From assembly GCA_963663275.1 (NCBI GenBank), contig OY760183.1:3232001-3296000 (forward strand): a stretch of DNA of 64,000 nt. The letters run 5' to 3'. The DNA comes from Chloroflexota bacterium (GTDB taxonomy: Bacteria; Chloroflexota; UBA11872; VXOZ01). Below, piece by piece: positions 63,763 through 64,000 of this stretch. Position numbers and translations under genes: made by a program. Each line of letters starts with the position of its first letter. The stretch's first letter is position 1. The notes beneath the pieces are model-generated. The model was not told the origin of the DNA. It made no database searches and saw nothing but the letters and a program-made list of their open reading frames with translations.

Positions 63763-64000
63763 ATGTACACCAGGTCCTACGACGGCACGAACAAGAAAGT
63801 CTTCTGGCAGGAGATGTGGCGGCACGAACTCTACGAGGCCTTGAAGCACGACCCGGTAGTCGTCATTCCCGTGGGTTCCATCGAGCAGCACGGCCCCCAC
63901 AGCCCCACCGACATCGACATCAGCATTCCCTACTACCTGGCCGCGGAGGCCGCCACCCGCACCGACGACTATCCCATCATCGTCGCGCCGCCGGTCTGGA
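63763..64000 (+). CDS. Creatininase family protein, 5' portion; runs off the window edge
   Basis: Not in the ORF track. Manual translation: MYTRSYDG...VVIPVGSIEQHGPHSPTDID...VAPPVW. Confidence 0.85.
   Translation, partial: MYTRSYDGTNKKVFWQEMWRHELYEALKHDPVVVIPVGSIEQHGPHSPTDIDISIPYYLAAEAATRTDDYPIIVAPPVW

Overview
High-GC bacterial chromosomal window. A Chloroflexota-like origin is my inference from gene content and style, not something I can prove here. It holds about 55 genes. Housekeeping: glycerate kinase, uppP, argC, argJ, class I FBP aldolase, PduO-type adenosyltransferase, coaX, coaBC, groES and a divergent groEL. Catabolic: two tandem rhamnonate-dehydratase-like enolases, four amidohydrolases, a Tat-lipoprotein solute-binding protein, mmsA/iolA, a sulfatase, and a Gfo/Idh/MocA oxidoreductase. 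Lower-GC accessory or defence-type inserts: an orphan AIPR gene, a Fic protein, a DUF1828-like two-gene cassette inside the coaX-coaBC operon, and a 55-62 kb island with a single-chain restriction-modification enzyme, a wHTH-TIR protein, a beta-flower protein and decayed toxin-antitoxin modules. Intergenic DNA is filled with at least seven REP-like palindrome families. The most striking structures are: (1) a nested hierarchy of non-autonomous elements, including a 146-147 bp CTGACA-ended MITE with exact 11-12 bp target-site duplications at REP hairpin centres and a matching empty site in the same window; (2) REP units fixed in frame inside two proteins; (3) a stand-alone ~150 nt transcript with its own promoter, a 15-nt match to the 16S 3' end, a 15-codon ORF and a terminator; (4) three unrelated 23/24/25 bp fixed-period degenerate tandem arrays. 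I found no rRNA, tRNA, cas gene, true CRISPR array or transposase. Family names come from motif recognition by eye; no database search was run.
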